A DNA stretch of 64,000 nucleotides from Spongospora subterranea f. sp. subterranea (GCA_049724395.1 JAUGWO010000030.1:124001-188000), one strand, 5' to 3'; positions 25,651 through 38,775 are shown, numbered from the stretch's first letter. Notes: generated by a model from the sequence alone, not told the origin. Made by a program: numbers and translations.

Positions 25651-25939
25651 ACCTTGAGCAATGTGAAGTGCAATTAATTGATTCAGGTGTTGGTCATGAA
25701 TTGGTTCAAGACCGACCGATATCTTCGAACCTATCTCGATGAACGTCAATGTGGGTTTTGTAATAGCATAGGATACCGTCCCTCTGACCTGGTTGATGGT
25801 CAACGGCCGTTCTAATCGAGGACACCATTCTATAAAGGGTGTGACGCCTTCACCCCCTGTTGATACGTCGGGATCTGCTGTACTCGATGACCCATTAATG
25901 GTTGAGCGATCACCTCCAACACTATAGACTCAGGAGGGG

Positions 25940-26250
25940 TAGAAAATTGTGTTCATCGCTGATCGTGCTCTGGGAATCAATGTCTTGAAACAGCCAGAAA
26001 TGCAGCCTGGCGACACCTCATCCTGTAGGGACTCACGTCCCGCCAACATACATCCCCAAAACGAGGAGATATCCGTCGTCTTCGTTTTCAAGATCGCCTC
26101 GACTTCAGGCGTAATAACCGATTCAATCGCGGAAGGAAGTTGATTGAATTACACGGTTGGAGATTTTGTCCACCGTCGACACCTTATCGAACGTCTTCAA
26201 CAGACCGGCGGATTATCGATGTTTATGTTGACGAAAAATTAGCGACTGGG
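25940..26250 (+). mobile_element. Gypsy integrase C-terminal remnant (left copy)
   Basis: TSSCRDSR...VITDSIAEG..NYTVGDFVHR, homologous to the opposite-strand copy at 26270-26850. Confidence 0.55.
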
Positions 26251-26269
26251 AACGTGGTGCCATTTAAGT

Positions 26270-26850
26270 CGCCATGGGGGGGCTTCCCCAGTGACCGTGT
26301 TTGATAACCCTGATGGGACTAAACGAGTTTCTGGTGACTATCTCAGGTTGAATAAGGTGACGGTGGTTTATTACCGATAATTCAAGACCTATCAAATGAC
26401 GGTAGACCAAATCTCCAACCTTGTAATCAATCGACTTCCTTCCGCGATTCAAATCGGTTATTACGCTTTCTGACCACCATTCACGATCATGTTCAGCCTT
26501 TTGAAGAAAGCTTGTTGAGGACGAAGAACGTGAGTCCCTACAGGATGAGGTTTTGCCAGTTTGCACTCCTTACAGGGCTCTTTCAAAACTGACCGGTACT
26601 CCCTCGATAGCGACAATGAGTTGACGCCGGTGCCAATCCCGAATATGAAGTCGTTTGGCAACATCAGCTGAAGGTCTTTTTAAACACATGACGATAATAA
26701 TCACTGCTAACATCGAACATCTCCATTCGATGGGTCAGGCGCCAAATTTACTTTGGTTCTCCCAAACACGTAATGCTTTTAGTTCATTGATCTGGAGCGC
26801 GACGACATGAGTAATAAATGATGGGCAGATCAAGTTTTGTGGTCAGGAAT
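26270..26850 (-). mobile_element. Gypsy integrase C-terminal remnant (right copy, inverted)
   Basis: PNDFIFG, TSSCRDSR, NRGRKSIDYKVGDLVY (a typical 'Y.VGD.V' integrase tail). Confidence 0.6.
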
Positions 26851-26952
26851 TGGCCGTCAAATGTGCAGTCGGTTTGTGTCAATTGTTAACCCCAATCGCA
26901 GGTGATTAACCGTTGTCATGATGGTATTTGCTCAATGGATTGACTACTGATA

Positions 26953-27225
26953 TTGATGTTAAATCGGAATATGACTCCGAACAAACGCCACAGATCACCA
27001 TCTTCGATGAAACTCAACATAATCCATTCTATAGGATACTCCACACAATTGGAGATATATGACGGAAACAGATTTGAAGAGTGGTCATTCATCAACCAAT
27101 GTAATTTGATTTTGAATCGATCGGGTCAGTCAACGATTCCAGACATGGACAAATCCGCCTTAATCATCAGCCTGCTGAAGGGTCCGGCGCTGGAATTGGC
27201 GACTCCATTAGAAAGATTTCGGTAG
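26953..27225 (+). mobile_element. Ty3/gypsy gag (capsid) fragment
   Basis: EIYDGNRFEEWSFINQCNLIL...DKSALIISLLKGPALE, a retrotransposon gag pattern. Confidence 0.7.
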
Positions 27226-27249
27226 CGCCATCCAGTCGCTTCAGTCAGG

Positions 27250-27870
27250 GCTAAATGACATAAAAACCGTGCCGCCTCCTACAAATTCGCAGATTAGCAT
27301 ATCGAAAATTCATTTTTCAGATTCAGATAGCTATCGGGATTTTTCGTATTTGACGAGGAGTACTTCATGGATTTAATTCCTTGCGATCCAGATCAGGCTG
27401 GATTCAATCTAAGGCAGCAGGCGCCAGTCACCGATTCACATTTTTATTTGCGGATTTCAAGTCCCCCAAGTTCCATGATCGAAAAAAATTTGCCTTCGTG
27501 TTGCAATTCTTCGAACGGTTAACCAGATGAAACCGTGGGAGGCAGCCCATTGCAAAACAACGGGTGTGTGGGCGAACGTAGCGGAGCTGCTGACGCAGGA
27601 CGCATCGTTCATCAAAGGCAAAAAAGGACCTGCGATAAAGATTTCGCGTTATGAGCTTCTTTGAGAGACATTCAAGGCAGATGAGATGGACTCGATGGAT
27701 CAGATTCTTCAACTGACGTGGCAAAAACTAACCACCGGTCAATGGCAACAAGCCGTCTGATAATATCACTGTGTTTTTGGAGACTGATATAATCATCCAT
27801 AATGTCCAGCAGCAACTGTTCACGTTCAATAAATTCCTCGACTACATCGAATTTGCGTTTCGAGTCCATG
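27250..27870 (-). mobile_element. Decayed PIF/Harbinger-like transposase fragment
   Basis: Acidic N-terminus; HLVNRSKNCNTKA resembles HWxWKNCPxA; lies next to Harbinger Myb/SANT fragments. Confidence 0.35.
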
Positions 27871-27989
27871 CCTTAAATGTCTTTAGTTCACAGCGAATCT
27901 CTATCGCAGGTCCTTTGTTGCCTTTGATGAACGATGCTTCCTGTGTCAGCAGCTCCGCTATGTTCAACCACACACCCATTAGTTCTTGC

Positions 27990-28815
27990 CACGTCAGTTG
28001 AAGACTCTGATGATGACAACAGCGATGTGGATGCGGGCGAAAATGTGCACCCTAAAAGAAAAAGCACAAAATCACCAAGCGCGAAAAGCTTGATCAGTTG
28101 ATGTCCACGATTCAGGGTGAGATTCATGAAGCTGCGCAATCTGAAAAGGAAAAGCTTACACTCAAAGCTGAGCGGCTCAAGCTTGATCGGCTGGAGTCTG
28201 ATCGCCGTGCTATGAACGATGCACAAATGCATAGTTTTCTTACCCAAATCCGTTTGAACAATCGTATTTGCAGTCAAAACATTTGCCAATGTTCGAAGTT
28301 CCAATAGATACAATGTGACCGAGTTGATACCTGTTCCATCATGATAATATTCTGTTCATGCAACATATTCATCTTCCGCTCGCCAATCAGTCAGGACTTG
28401 CGGTGACATTGTATTTATTAGAACTTCGAACATTGGCAAATGTTTTAACTGCAAGTACGATTGTTCAAACGGAAACATCTTCATGTAGTCGGCAGCGAAA
28501 TTCTGTTTCGCCGCCATGGCGTAATTTTTCCAAATTCCATCCAGAATGATAGACCTTGAACACTGCCGTAAGACAGCCGACGTATTTCTGAACAGTTGGC
28601 TGGATATGATTTTTGAAACGTCCCTTAAGTGAGCTGGCAGAGCGATTTGATACAGTATCTCCCACATATTTGTCAAACGCGGCAGACATTTTCAAACAAA
28701 AGACGTCCCCCGTTTAATCAGTCCCAACCGATGCATCGGTTGTGACCTCGGCAAAGGCCTTGCACAAAGCAACATCCTCGTTCTCCTTAAAATTTGACTC
28801 CCTCTTGCTGGACAT
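27990..28815. mobile_element. Harbinger-associated Myb/SANT (NAM-associated-like) ORF remnants in both orientations
   Basis: Minus strand: MSSKRESNFKENEDVALCKAFAEVTTDASVGTD, RSASSLKGRF, SGWN, FPFEQSYLQLKHLPMF. The plus strand has a coiled-coil tail and a 73-bp inverted copy (28249-28321 vs 28401-28473). Confidence 0.75.
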
Positions 28816-29024
28816 TCTACTACCTGCAGTTACGATCCCTTTTGAAAGCTGCAATCTGATTGGGTGTCCTAAATAATTCCTAGTCCTACTCTGTGGCCTA
28901 TGTAGATCTAGGACGCAATCTAGGAATTTCCTACCGTCTTCCCCCGATATGGGTCTACGGTACCAACTTTGAGCGCACACATTCCAGATTGTAGGGCGGT
29001 TCCTGACCTCACACTGTGCCATAA

Positions 29025-30163
29025 GAGCATATCCACCGGTTGGGTGTATCCGTGGTGTAAAATAATAGCCGCGCGCATTCTTTTACACTTCACGAGGGTA
29101 AAATTCCGCACCGCGCCGGCGTGTATCCCGTGGTGTATTCTCTCAGATGTCGTCTTCTGAGTCTTCTAGCGACGATGAGATTGAGCAATATGCGATGATT
29201 GTGATGGAGCTTGATGACTTAGATGATATACAGTATCGTTTGGACCATACTCCCTCTCATGGTGGTTCACGAGTGGGTAAACGGGGCAACATTGAGCGAA
29301 ATCATCTTCAAGCACACACTCGTTTGATGCAAGATTACTTTGTAAAGCATTCGACGTATAGTGAAGAACAGTTCCGGAGACGGTTTCGGATGGCAAAGCC
29401 TGTATATCTTCGCATACAGGAGGCCCTTCTTCAATTCGATCCGTATTTTATTCAAAAGACCAGCTGTTGGGTCAGCATCGGTCCGTATCTCGTTGGACTT
29501 TTTGAAGAGCATAAACTTCGGGCACGTTTTTAGTAAGTTATAGCCGGCCATGTACCGGAACGACGTTTTCATGTCATCGTTGTATCGATGCATTGCCTCA
29601 TCGATCGCCTGTTTTTCATTCCACCCAGATGGCAAGTCGTTCATCAGTCGGTTTAGGATTCCAGCAAATTTGCTGATAGATTTCGATAAAGACTTTCAAT
29701 GGCATTGCAACGTGTTCAACGATCGAATGATGGCGTTTTCGCCACGCTTTTTGGTGAAGTTTTGGGCAATTCTTGACCAGAACTGTGAAAACGACTGATC
29801 CGTCCCAGCAATTGGGTCACAGGTCACCTCCATCCATGCTGAGATGAGAGTCAGACTCTCATCCATTGACATGTTCTTCCCTCGGGCGGGACGCTCAGCC
29901 AGTGCCTCCGCCTCGACGTCATTTGCGTTCATTTGAGGCGGGACTTTGAAATCCTGTACCCAGCAACAGGCAAATTCTATAACGCACTCCGTGGCGCAAC
30001 CTCTTTTGGGTTTGTACCACGGTGTATCCCGTGGTGTATTTATACACCACCACACCTGAATATAAAATTTTACACTTTGTACCACCCGGTGGATCACGCA
30101 TTTTTCTCGGTGGTACAAATTTTAAGTTTACACCACGGAGTATACCATGCGGTGGATATGCTC
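29025..30163. mobile_element. Internally deleted PIF/Harbinger DNA transposon with intact 14-bp TIRs
   Basis: TIR GAGCATATCCACCG at 29025-29038 and its perfect reverse complement at 30150-30163, with TAA on the left flank. Contains the transposase 5' end on + (HTRLMQDYF...FRRRFRM...DPYFIQK) and a convergent Myb/SANT ORF on - (SAWMEVTCDPIAGTDQSFSQFW). Confidence 0.9.
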
Positions 30164-30165
30164 AA

Positions 30166-30748
30166 GGGGTAAGTGCGGTTCCTGACCTCAAATATACACT
30201 GTGCCATAAGGGGTAAGTGCGGTTACTGACCTCAAATATACACTGTGCCATAAGGGTAAGTGCGGTTCCTGACCTCAAATATACACTGTGCCATAAGGGG
30301 TAAGTGCGGTTACTGACCTCAAATATACACTGTGCCGTACATAAGGGGTAAGCGGTTCCTGACCTCAAATATACACCGTGCCGTATATAAGGGGTAAGTG
30401 CGGTTCCTGACCTCAAATATACACCGTGCCGTACATAAGGGGTAAGTGCGGTTCCTGACCTCAAATATACACCGTGCCGTACATAAGGGGTAAGTGCGGT
30501 TCCTGACCTCAAATATACACCGTGCCGTACATAAGGGGTAAGTGCGGTTCCTGACCTCAAATATACACCGTGCCGTACATAAGGGGTAAGTGCGGTTCCT
30601 GACCTCAAATATACACCGTGCCGTACATAAGGGGTAAGTGCGGTTCCTGACCTCAAATATACACCGTGCCGTACATAAGGGGTAAGTGCGGTTCCTGACC
30701 TCAAATATACACCGTGCCGTACATAAGGGGTAAGTGCGGTTCCTGACT
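30166..30748. repeat. Tandem minisatellite, 48-bp unit (first units 43-44 bp), about 12 copies
   Basis: Unit GGGGTAAGTGCGGTTCCTGACCTCAAATATACACCGTGCCGTACATAA. A related partial unit lies at ~28996-29024, left of the Harbinger element. Confidence 0.95.
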
Positions 30749-30835
30749 GTGATAAGAAGGGCCTTAACTTGCCAATCTCTTTTTACCCTGTTTGATTAAA
30801 CCGTTTCTTTTTGTCGCTGTTTTTTATATCAGATA

Positions 30836-31907
30836 ATGTCTTCGAAAACGGTGGTGTCCTTTGAGATCAAGAGCTTGCCAGGCGGATCCGGGCAATATGG
30901 AGTTATCAACCTTCACAGGCTGCCGGGCAATGCACTTGTTCCTGGTACTTACGTTTGCTCGAGTGGATCCCCATATGATAGATTGTCTGCAATTCAGAAA
31001 TCCTTGAAGGAATTACCTCGGCCTTGGACGTTTTAGAAGCTAATAACAGGTGATAGCGCCAGAGATACGTGGTTTGATTTATGACATTCCCTCTCAGCGT
31101 CAAAGGGTTCATATTAACCTCCACACTTCCGGGCATGTTTTGTGCTGGAATAGATCTTCAGTTGTTTCTTGCCGAAACCTCAGTATTCTCTAAGTTCTGG
31201 ACTAGTCTTCGTACTGTATTCCTTCGCATATATGAATCAAAGCTAGTCTCCATCGCTTGCATTCAAGGTAGCCTGTATGCTGATGTGTTGACACCTTCAT
31301 CCCGATTGACATTCTAGGCCATGCTCCCGGTGGTGGAACCATTCTGTCCCTGGCATGCCACTATCGATTCATGCTAAACGGAAAATCGACGATCGGCCTA
31401 AATGAGGTCTGCTTCTTTGAAGACAATAACCGACGGCGATAGTGAGAATTTTTCTCTCAGGTCGCAGTGGGGTTGCCAGTTCCCAGATGGCTGTGCGATG
31501 TGTTCGCGCAAACAGTTGGCAATAGAGTATCAGAGAAGATTCTTCCATACGGCCCGACGTTTCCTGCTCATACGGCGAAGGAAATTCGTCTTGTGGATGG
31601 CATATATGATACGGTTGAGGGAATGCGGGAAGCAGCCCTTATTCAGCTCGATAAATGCTCCAAAGTAGACCAAAGCGGCCGGCGCGTAACAATGCACTTC
31701 ATTCGCCGAGATTTTGCCGAGAAAATGAGACGAGAAGAAGCACTAGACAGTAAGTCGTATTCCTGACCTATTTTTTCACAGAAGCTGATTTTGGTCGAAG
31801 TGGAAGATCTTGTAAAGGCAGGGGCTAGTCCTAATTTCCAAAGAACAGTAAAAAAAGTTATTATGTCTTTACAGGCAAAAAAGAACAAGCCTAAAAGCAA
31901 CCTTTAG
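30836..31907 (+). CDS. Enoyl-CoA delta-isomerase (crotonase family), multi-exon, PTS1-like C-terminal SNL
   Basis: LHRLPGNAL, GFILTSTLPGMFCAGIDL, GHAPGGGTILSLACHYRFM, IGLNEV. The spliced end is KNKPKSNL*. Confidence 0.88.
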
Positions 31908-32222
31908 TTTGAGATAACAAAAGTAAATGATCCAATCTATTCTCATTACCATTGCCTTGTAAAGCGAAATTGACACCCTTCCTTGCATGAGGCGTCAATC
32001 GACCCAAACGCTTAACTTTCGGTGTCAAAGTGGAAAAAATAGAATTAATTCTGGTCGAATCTTGATATTCGCAGTTGTCCCAGAATTGTTGCTATCGTTC
32101 AAGAGCAAGAAGACAAGTATAATGCTTATTTTGCCTGAGGGTTCGTATACAAGTTACCATTATTTGAAAACCAGGATTTATAGATAATATCGATATATAC
32201 AAAGAGGGAGTCGTCGACAATT

Positions 32223-33571
32223 TCAACTATTATCGCATAAAGACGTCATTGTCCCGAACAGCGACTCTTTTTGGAATCTAAGAGGCTCATTACCCCAAGA
32301 AGACCATCCGACTTTTAAATCTCGAGCAAATAATTCGCATTTCTTAGAATATTGTGGAATGAATTCGTCGATGATGCAGTCGATAACAGGCTTTCTGGAA
32401 TGAGATTCAGGATGACCGGCGAAGATCTTCATCTTCGGTAATGAACGCGAAGAAGCAAGAATATGATAACCGAACACAATTTGTTCATATGGCTTATGAT
32501 GGCAAGCACCTATATCTGAGCAATTTTACAGGCTGGATATAGTACAACGCCATGGATGATTCCACATACCGATCCCCGACATCTCTGAATTCGATGGAGG
32601 AAGTTTCAGCCAATACCATGTCGTATGATAATCAATATTCCAGAAAGGAAACAACTCATCGCAGACAAATTGCCTTATTTTGGGGTCATTTGTAACCCAT
32701 ACACCGAGGAGACCATTTTCCCGGTCAAGAAGGCCCTCTAACGTTAAATAAGTTAGAAAACCAAAGGCTTTTGACAAAACGAGTGATGACTTATCACCAA
32801 CTGGGATTTTTTTCATCTCAGCGTGTCTCAAAGTTGGGTATATATGCGATCTCTGAACGCTCTTATTATCCCAAGGCGGGTCGATTGACAAGAATTGGAA
32901 GCCAGACTGCGGCCGGAACCGTTTTAAAAAGGGTAAAAAATCCGACAAATCACACATCAAGAATCTGGACTTGGGAGGAAGATAATACAGATCACCAAAT
33001 GCTGATATTGTTCGAATGTCATTACCCTCATTGCTCTAAACGCCATACATAAGTGATTGAATAAGAGAATGACACTGAAAGTACGATTATGACGCTGCAA
33101 AATTGATCAACATCAGTTTGGGTTATGTTTTCGTCAATGAGAGGTAAACGGCGACGGGAAAAATGGCCCCGACTCAACCTCCAGCACATCATCGTCTGAT
33201 CGTGTTGATCATCTACACTCATGTGCATTGGGATCTCAATTGGTGTGAACCCCGTCTGCTTGATGGCCTCTGCAAAACCCATCAGAGCTCCATGTTCTCT
33301 GAGATAATATGAGCCAGGCACGGTGGCGATTTGTGATTGACAATTACTGGACCGGTATTGTGATCACTGCACGAGAATTTGAATGGGTAGCCCGACGTGT
33401 CATGGCGTAATCGCACTTGGGCACTTTACTGGTTTTATGCAATACCCATCCGAGGACACGGGATTGCCACGAATCGAGTAGCCACCCGAGATGGGCCCCG
33501 CTAGAATCACGCACAGCACCCACGATTGGCTGCTGAAGGAAATATGTATTGCCATGTTCTATATCAACCAT
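32223..33571 (-). CDS. METTL4: MT-A70 family N6-adenine methyltransferase, METTL4-like, multi-exon
   Basis: IDPPWDNKSVQR, GVWVTND, WYWLK, HKPYE, HSRKP, ELFARDLKVGWSSWGNE. The start codon is uncertain. Confidence 0.85.
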
Positions 33572-33802
33572 GATCCTACGCTCTGAGCCCTGATCAACGT
33601 CGTGCCGATGATGGAAAATGTTCAAGGTAAAGATGAGGACCAAACCTGGATCGATACATGGATGGCGAACTCGTCCAACGCTACGGGCTGCGCTTCACGC
33701 AACTTTGCATCGCTGGTGTTACAGTGGTAACTGTTTCACTGAATGACTCTATTGCGGGGAATCACTGGGGCATCGCAGGATATTGACAACCAGCATGATT
33801 CT

Positions 33803-34900
33803 TGTTTTACAACAACTTTATCAATGAATTTAAGCAAGGCCACACACAGGAGGTTAGCAGTACTCGCGGCCATGCCGCCGGCGCCGCCATCGTCTGGTTC
33901 ATGTGGGCGATGACCTTCGGCCGCGTCGATAGCTGGTTAACCACTGACAGATGTCAGGTTGGTCGTCTTATAACACACCCCTTCAAACTGACATTTGTCA
34001 TTCAGATAACAGATCTGTACCATCTAAACTTTTCAGTAGATATAGGTTTGGTTAGATAATTTGCAATTATCCATTTTTGACAATATTCGAGGTGAATCGT
34101 TTCACTTTCGATTTTGTCCCTGGTGAAGTGATACTGGACTTGAATATGCTTTGTTTTCGCATCTGTTCTACGATTTGTCGCCACAGATTGGCTTCCTTGG
34201 TTATCGCCGTAAATCGTGATCGATCCGGATCGATTCAACACTTCAGACAGCTATTGTTGTGTCCAAGCGCTTGCCTGGCTGTTGCACTTTGTGCCATATA
34301 TTTCGCTTCGATCAGCAGATATATGCTGCTGATCGTTGCCTTTGGCTTTTCCATGCTACTGAACCATTGGACATCTTGAACATGTACCCACTTGTTTTCT
34401 GCGGCGTTGATCCTGATCTCCTGCCCAATCAGAGTCTGTTGATTCTTCGATGTCTTGGGGTCACCACAGTACATAATGCCCCACGATTTCGGGCTCTTCA
34501 GGTTCCTCAGGTCCTGCAATGTTGCATTCCCGGATTATGCATAAAGCGGCACAATTGTGATACGATGTAGGTGATGTCCGGGCGAGTCCTTGTCGAAAGA
34601 AAGTTAAGTCCACGAACCAGTTCTGCATATGGCATGTCCACCATATCTTGCTTATTACTATCACATATCTTCACAAAGGTAAATTTGGGCTGGTGAGGAG
34701 TTGTCACGTCCCTTCAGTGCGCCATGCTAAACCGAGTCAATAGCTCGTCAATATAGATCTCTTTATCAAGGCATACATAGTTCTCCATTTTATTGTGGTT
34801 AATCTTTATTCCCAAAGCTGAACTGGAGCTTCTAGGCATCCTGGTCTCACTTTTTGTAATGAATTTGATCACAGCATTTCCGTCAGAACATGTTCTGCAG
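33803..34900 (-). mobile_element. Ty1/copia RT-RNase H remnant with polypurine tract and short 3' LTR (~33803-33975)
   Basis: PYAELVRGLNFLSTRTRPDITYIVSQL; IYGDNQGS...TKHIQVQYHFTRDKI...ANYLTKP. On the minus strand GAAGGGTG is followed by TGTTATA...TAAAACA. Confidence 0.85.
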
Positions 34901-35284
34901 CAAGACTACAATAATTGTAGTTATTACAACTGTTGCGCCTCACAAGCGCAATAAGTGGGGACGGATTCTAGCAACAAAGTGGCTGAAAGCACGTATGAAA
35001 AACCAGACCGAACTTCGTTTTAAAAATGTGGCGACTACCCTTGAAGTGAAGTCTAGTCAAGGTTCCCCCAGCATTTGTCGAACGTTGGGGACGGTTCCAT
35101 GTAGACGAATCTTGTAGATCACAAGATAACGGCTTGCCGAAAACCCAATGAAACCTCAACCATCCTTGTACACTTGAATGTATCGACATTGTTGCGCGCA
35201 GTTAACGGTGGCGCACTGGCGCTAGACTTGGGGCTTTGGGCTGGCACCTGGCACCCGATCTCCCTCATTCTGTATGGCTGGTGG

Positions 35285-36899
35285 ATGCAGCGATCCCTGA
35301 TCTATAAGGACATTGTCGTCGATGATCCGCCTCTACAGGGAATCCCGAAACCATACGTGCCTAAACCTTTGCAGCCTCACACCGGATTGGAGATAAACTA
35401 CGATGCGTATGATGACCCCAGTCAGCTCAGAGCTTTTCTAGCTAACATCAGTAGTGGTGCAGGTAATATGTTTCCTCTGCACTGATAAAGTCTTTGATGG
35501 AAATGAACTGCAGACGTTGACCAGAATAGGCTGAATGTACGAGCAGGTGGTACGATTGTTGGAGTGCCGTCCATTGAGTCTTTATTACCACTAGTTCAAG
35601 ACGGCACATTACACCAAGTGCTACAAGGTCTACCATTGTCAATCCTTAACAACATATACAAGGAGATATCGGATAGGCAGCTGGTAAATGTACTTCGTTT
35701 CGAAAAAGCAATTGATGTTAACTTTTCATAGGAATCCTCGTATTGTGATATCCATAATATTCCAGAGCTGGTTATTAATCGCGTAGAGGCAGGCGACGAG
35801 GAACTTCTTCAGCCTATTATGATGTCGATGCACAGGTAAGGCGATCCATATGCTTAATGGTATCTTTAATTTTTTTGTAGCTATGGCGATGCTTCTTCTC
35901 CATCACCTTTCGCTGCCGTTGCCATTAAAGACTATATAGGTAAGACTTTGATTAGCTTTTTACCTGCGTTGTTACATTCAGTTACATTGCAGGAGATTTG
36001 ATGCGCAGGATTGTTGCAGTTATGCCCCGTCCTTTAACAATTGACAAGTTAATGAGTCTGTTTCCTTTGCAAACCCCCGCGTTTCAGCATTGGTGGAGTG
36101 CAAAGCAAGAGGCAAAGAACGTTGGACAACAAGTCGCGCATCAGGTTTACTTGTAAAGTTGCATAATTTTGCATCTGATGCTCTTTTTTAGGACATGGCT
36201 TCTTCCAGCGAAGATGTTGACAGCGATTTTGATAATGAAATTGCACTGGAACCTGCATCATCATCGACCCCGAACTTACCGTCTAATATCGAAGAGTATT
36301 TTGACCTGACAAACAACGGGTAATACATTTCTTGAGGTTTTTCATCATACTGATTTTTACGAAATCAGTCGGTTTTCCCGCTCGCCGCTGCTCTACGAGA
36401 TTACCGCGCCATCAAGCTTTTCAGATGGGCTCGTTTTTGGCCCAAAAACGCGTTTAAACTTTAATATGCTTCGCGAAAAATCCATGAGCATGAGTGAATA
36501 TAACGTATGTTTATGTTGTTGCTTAGCTGATTAATTTAACGATTACTTAGTTTTACTCAAAATGCCGTCAAGCTAGCCTCGTCGGTATAAAGACGCGCCC
36601 AGTGTTTATTCGTTGGATAGGATTAGATAGCAAGGCATTGTTTCCTGCGTCAGGTTCTGTTCGCAATAAAATTGTTTCTTTTCTCGGATTCATCGCGCAC
36701 GATCATATAGGTAATTCGGATACTGTGAAATCGGGGGTTTTCTGCACTGGATAATTTGATCTCAGGTGCGATTATTGAATTGGCTCGTTCGGTACACGAC
36801 CCTTCTTCCGATAACCAGCTAACGTATTGGGAAGTTTGCGACGCTGTTCAGGCCCTGAGATCCATGAAGTCTACAGTCGGTCCTGTTTCTTCTTTCTAG
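35285..36899 (+). CDS. SPT3: SAGA subunit Spt3 (TFIID-18kDa family, two histone folds), multi-exon
   Basis: MMSMHSYGDASSPSPFAAVAIKDYI; SMSMSEYNFYSKCRQASL...FIRWIGL...VSFLGFIAHDHI/GAIIELA. The start is approximate. Confidence 0.75.
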
Positions 36900-36936
36900 C
36901 GCAAATCCAGTCAGATAAATCATTAGCAATCATAAT

Positions 36937-38775
36937 TTAATCAAATAACTGCGGTACGTTCATTTTCCCTTTTGGTGGTTCGAACAACAATTGTATCCGT
37001 CCATCAACGACGTCTGTTAGTATCGATATTGCACCGCGGTGCGCGTTCGGTCTGCCACCGCTTTTCGAAGTCCTCCAGCCTTTTTTCAAGGCAACCCCTT
37101 CGGCTATGGTAAAAGCTGAGAAAGGGATACTATTCCCGCTCTCGTCTGCAAAATCTTAACCATCGGAGATCCTCACAACCTGTCAGTTTAATACCACTGT
37201 TGTACGGCAGATTATATATTTCTTCCAAAGGCACGCTAGTTCTTTCTGCAACAAATTGCACTATAGAGTAAGGTTCCGCAACCTGAGCCAGGGGATATAA
37301 CCTAGATGCATCCATGTTAAGTTCATTCGGTCGGCATTGATCGAACTCTCGGATTACCCCATCACAATTTGAATCTGCCTGCTTTCGCAGACGCTAGGAA
37401 ATATAATCCCAGGACAATCCATCAACGTCCACACATCGTCAAGCATTATTGTCTGAAAATGTTTCGTGTGGCCTGGTGTGCGAGACGTGCTCACGACGTG
37501 TTTACCAACAATTGCATTGATTAAGCTGCTTTTACCGGAAGACGGCATGCCGACCTGACAAAACGTCATCGCGTAATCTCACAAAGAGGAATATCACGAT
37601 ATTAACCATTCCTAGTGTAAATCTTCCATCAGATCGTCCATCTTTAGCGAATGATGCATCATTTTGAAGTTCTTGTATACACAATCGACATTCAGAAAAA
37701 AGTTCTTCGCGGCCGATTGCCTGTTGTGACTTAGCTAACATAAAAGGAATACGATTCCATATCATACCTTATATTCGGATTTGAACTGTCGCCTTCCTCC
37801 TTTTACCCGTAAAGCAGATACAATCACATCATTTTCTTCCACTGCACAACCAGTACTATCAGGTAAATTTGCACGTTGAACTTCTTCATCGTGATCGATG
37901 CGAATTATTTGATGAGATGATACTGTGACAACCTATTCAAGTCGTCAGCGTGACTCGTGATTATAGCCACGCTGATGCACACATGAAACTGTGGGAAATT
38001 CAAACTGAAAAATGATTTCCAGCTATCAATATGCTGTTCGGGAACAAGATCTGCCTTGTTGAGGACGATAATTATAGGTAGACGATGTTTGTTAAGAATA
38101 TAGCGGCATAATCCATGATGTAGGAAGAACAGGGGATAACGAGCATCAGTAATCAACAAAATGATGTGGGATGACTCGATCGTGCGCCACAATTGGCGCC
38201 ATACTTCGAGGTTGTGCTCAAATAAATTCAAATTTGTGTCAGGATGCTCTGAATGAATCGATTTCAACCAATTTTCGAAGACTTCGGTCTCACTTTGTTC
38301 TAATTCGTCTTTTCCCATGCTGTAATTCCAATCTGGCCTAAAAAATGATGTTATATACAAGCAAGGGACTTTATACACGAACATCTTTATACCTCTCTGG
38401 AATGGATAATTGGTTTAGGTTTACCAGGTCATCCCATTTCAGCTGAAATCCGCTGTCAATTCGCTTGACAGGCTGCTGTGCCAACAGCTTTCTTTGCTCA
38501 ATGAGCGCCCGGGGTTCTTTTTGAAATCGCGACCGTCTGAAACCAAACTTAAATGATACCGAAAATGCGTTTGATATTTTTTACAGGTCATTAGCCGGAA
38601 TGGAGTAGAGATGGTGAGACGACAACGGGACGTCCAAAACGATGGTCGTGGTTGCCTGCTCGTGGGCGGGTTGTTCATGCTGATGCGCTTGCTGTTGTAA
38701 TCGCCTCCGTTCCGCCCGTTTCCTCTTCAATAGCGACGCCTTCAATGCGCCACTGATCGGCTTCTTGCGCGCCAT
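36937..38775 (-). CDS. GNL1: Circularly permuted GTPase, GNL1/Lsg1 family, multi-exon
   Basis: MARKKP start; LNLFEHNLEVWRQLWR; NKADL (G4) precedes GMPSSGKSS (G1), SRTPGHTKHFQT (G2) and DCPG (G3). Confidence 0.9.

Noticed and set aside
30162..30748. CRISPR array or 180-aa repeat protein
   Set aside because: No variable spacers; the ORF is a by-product of the 48-bp periodicity.
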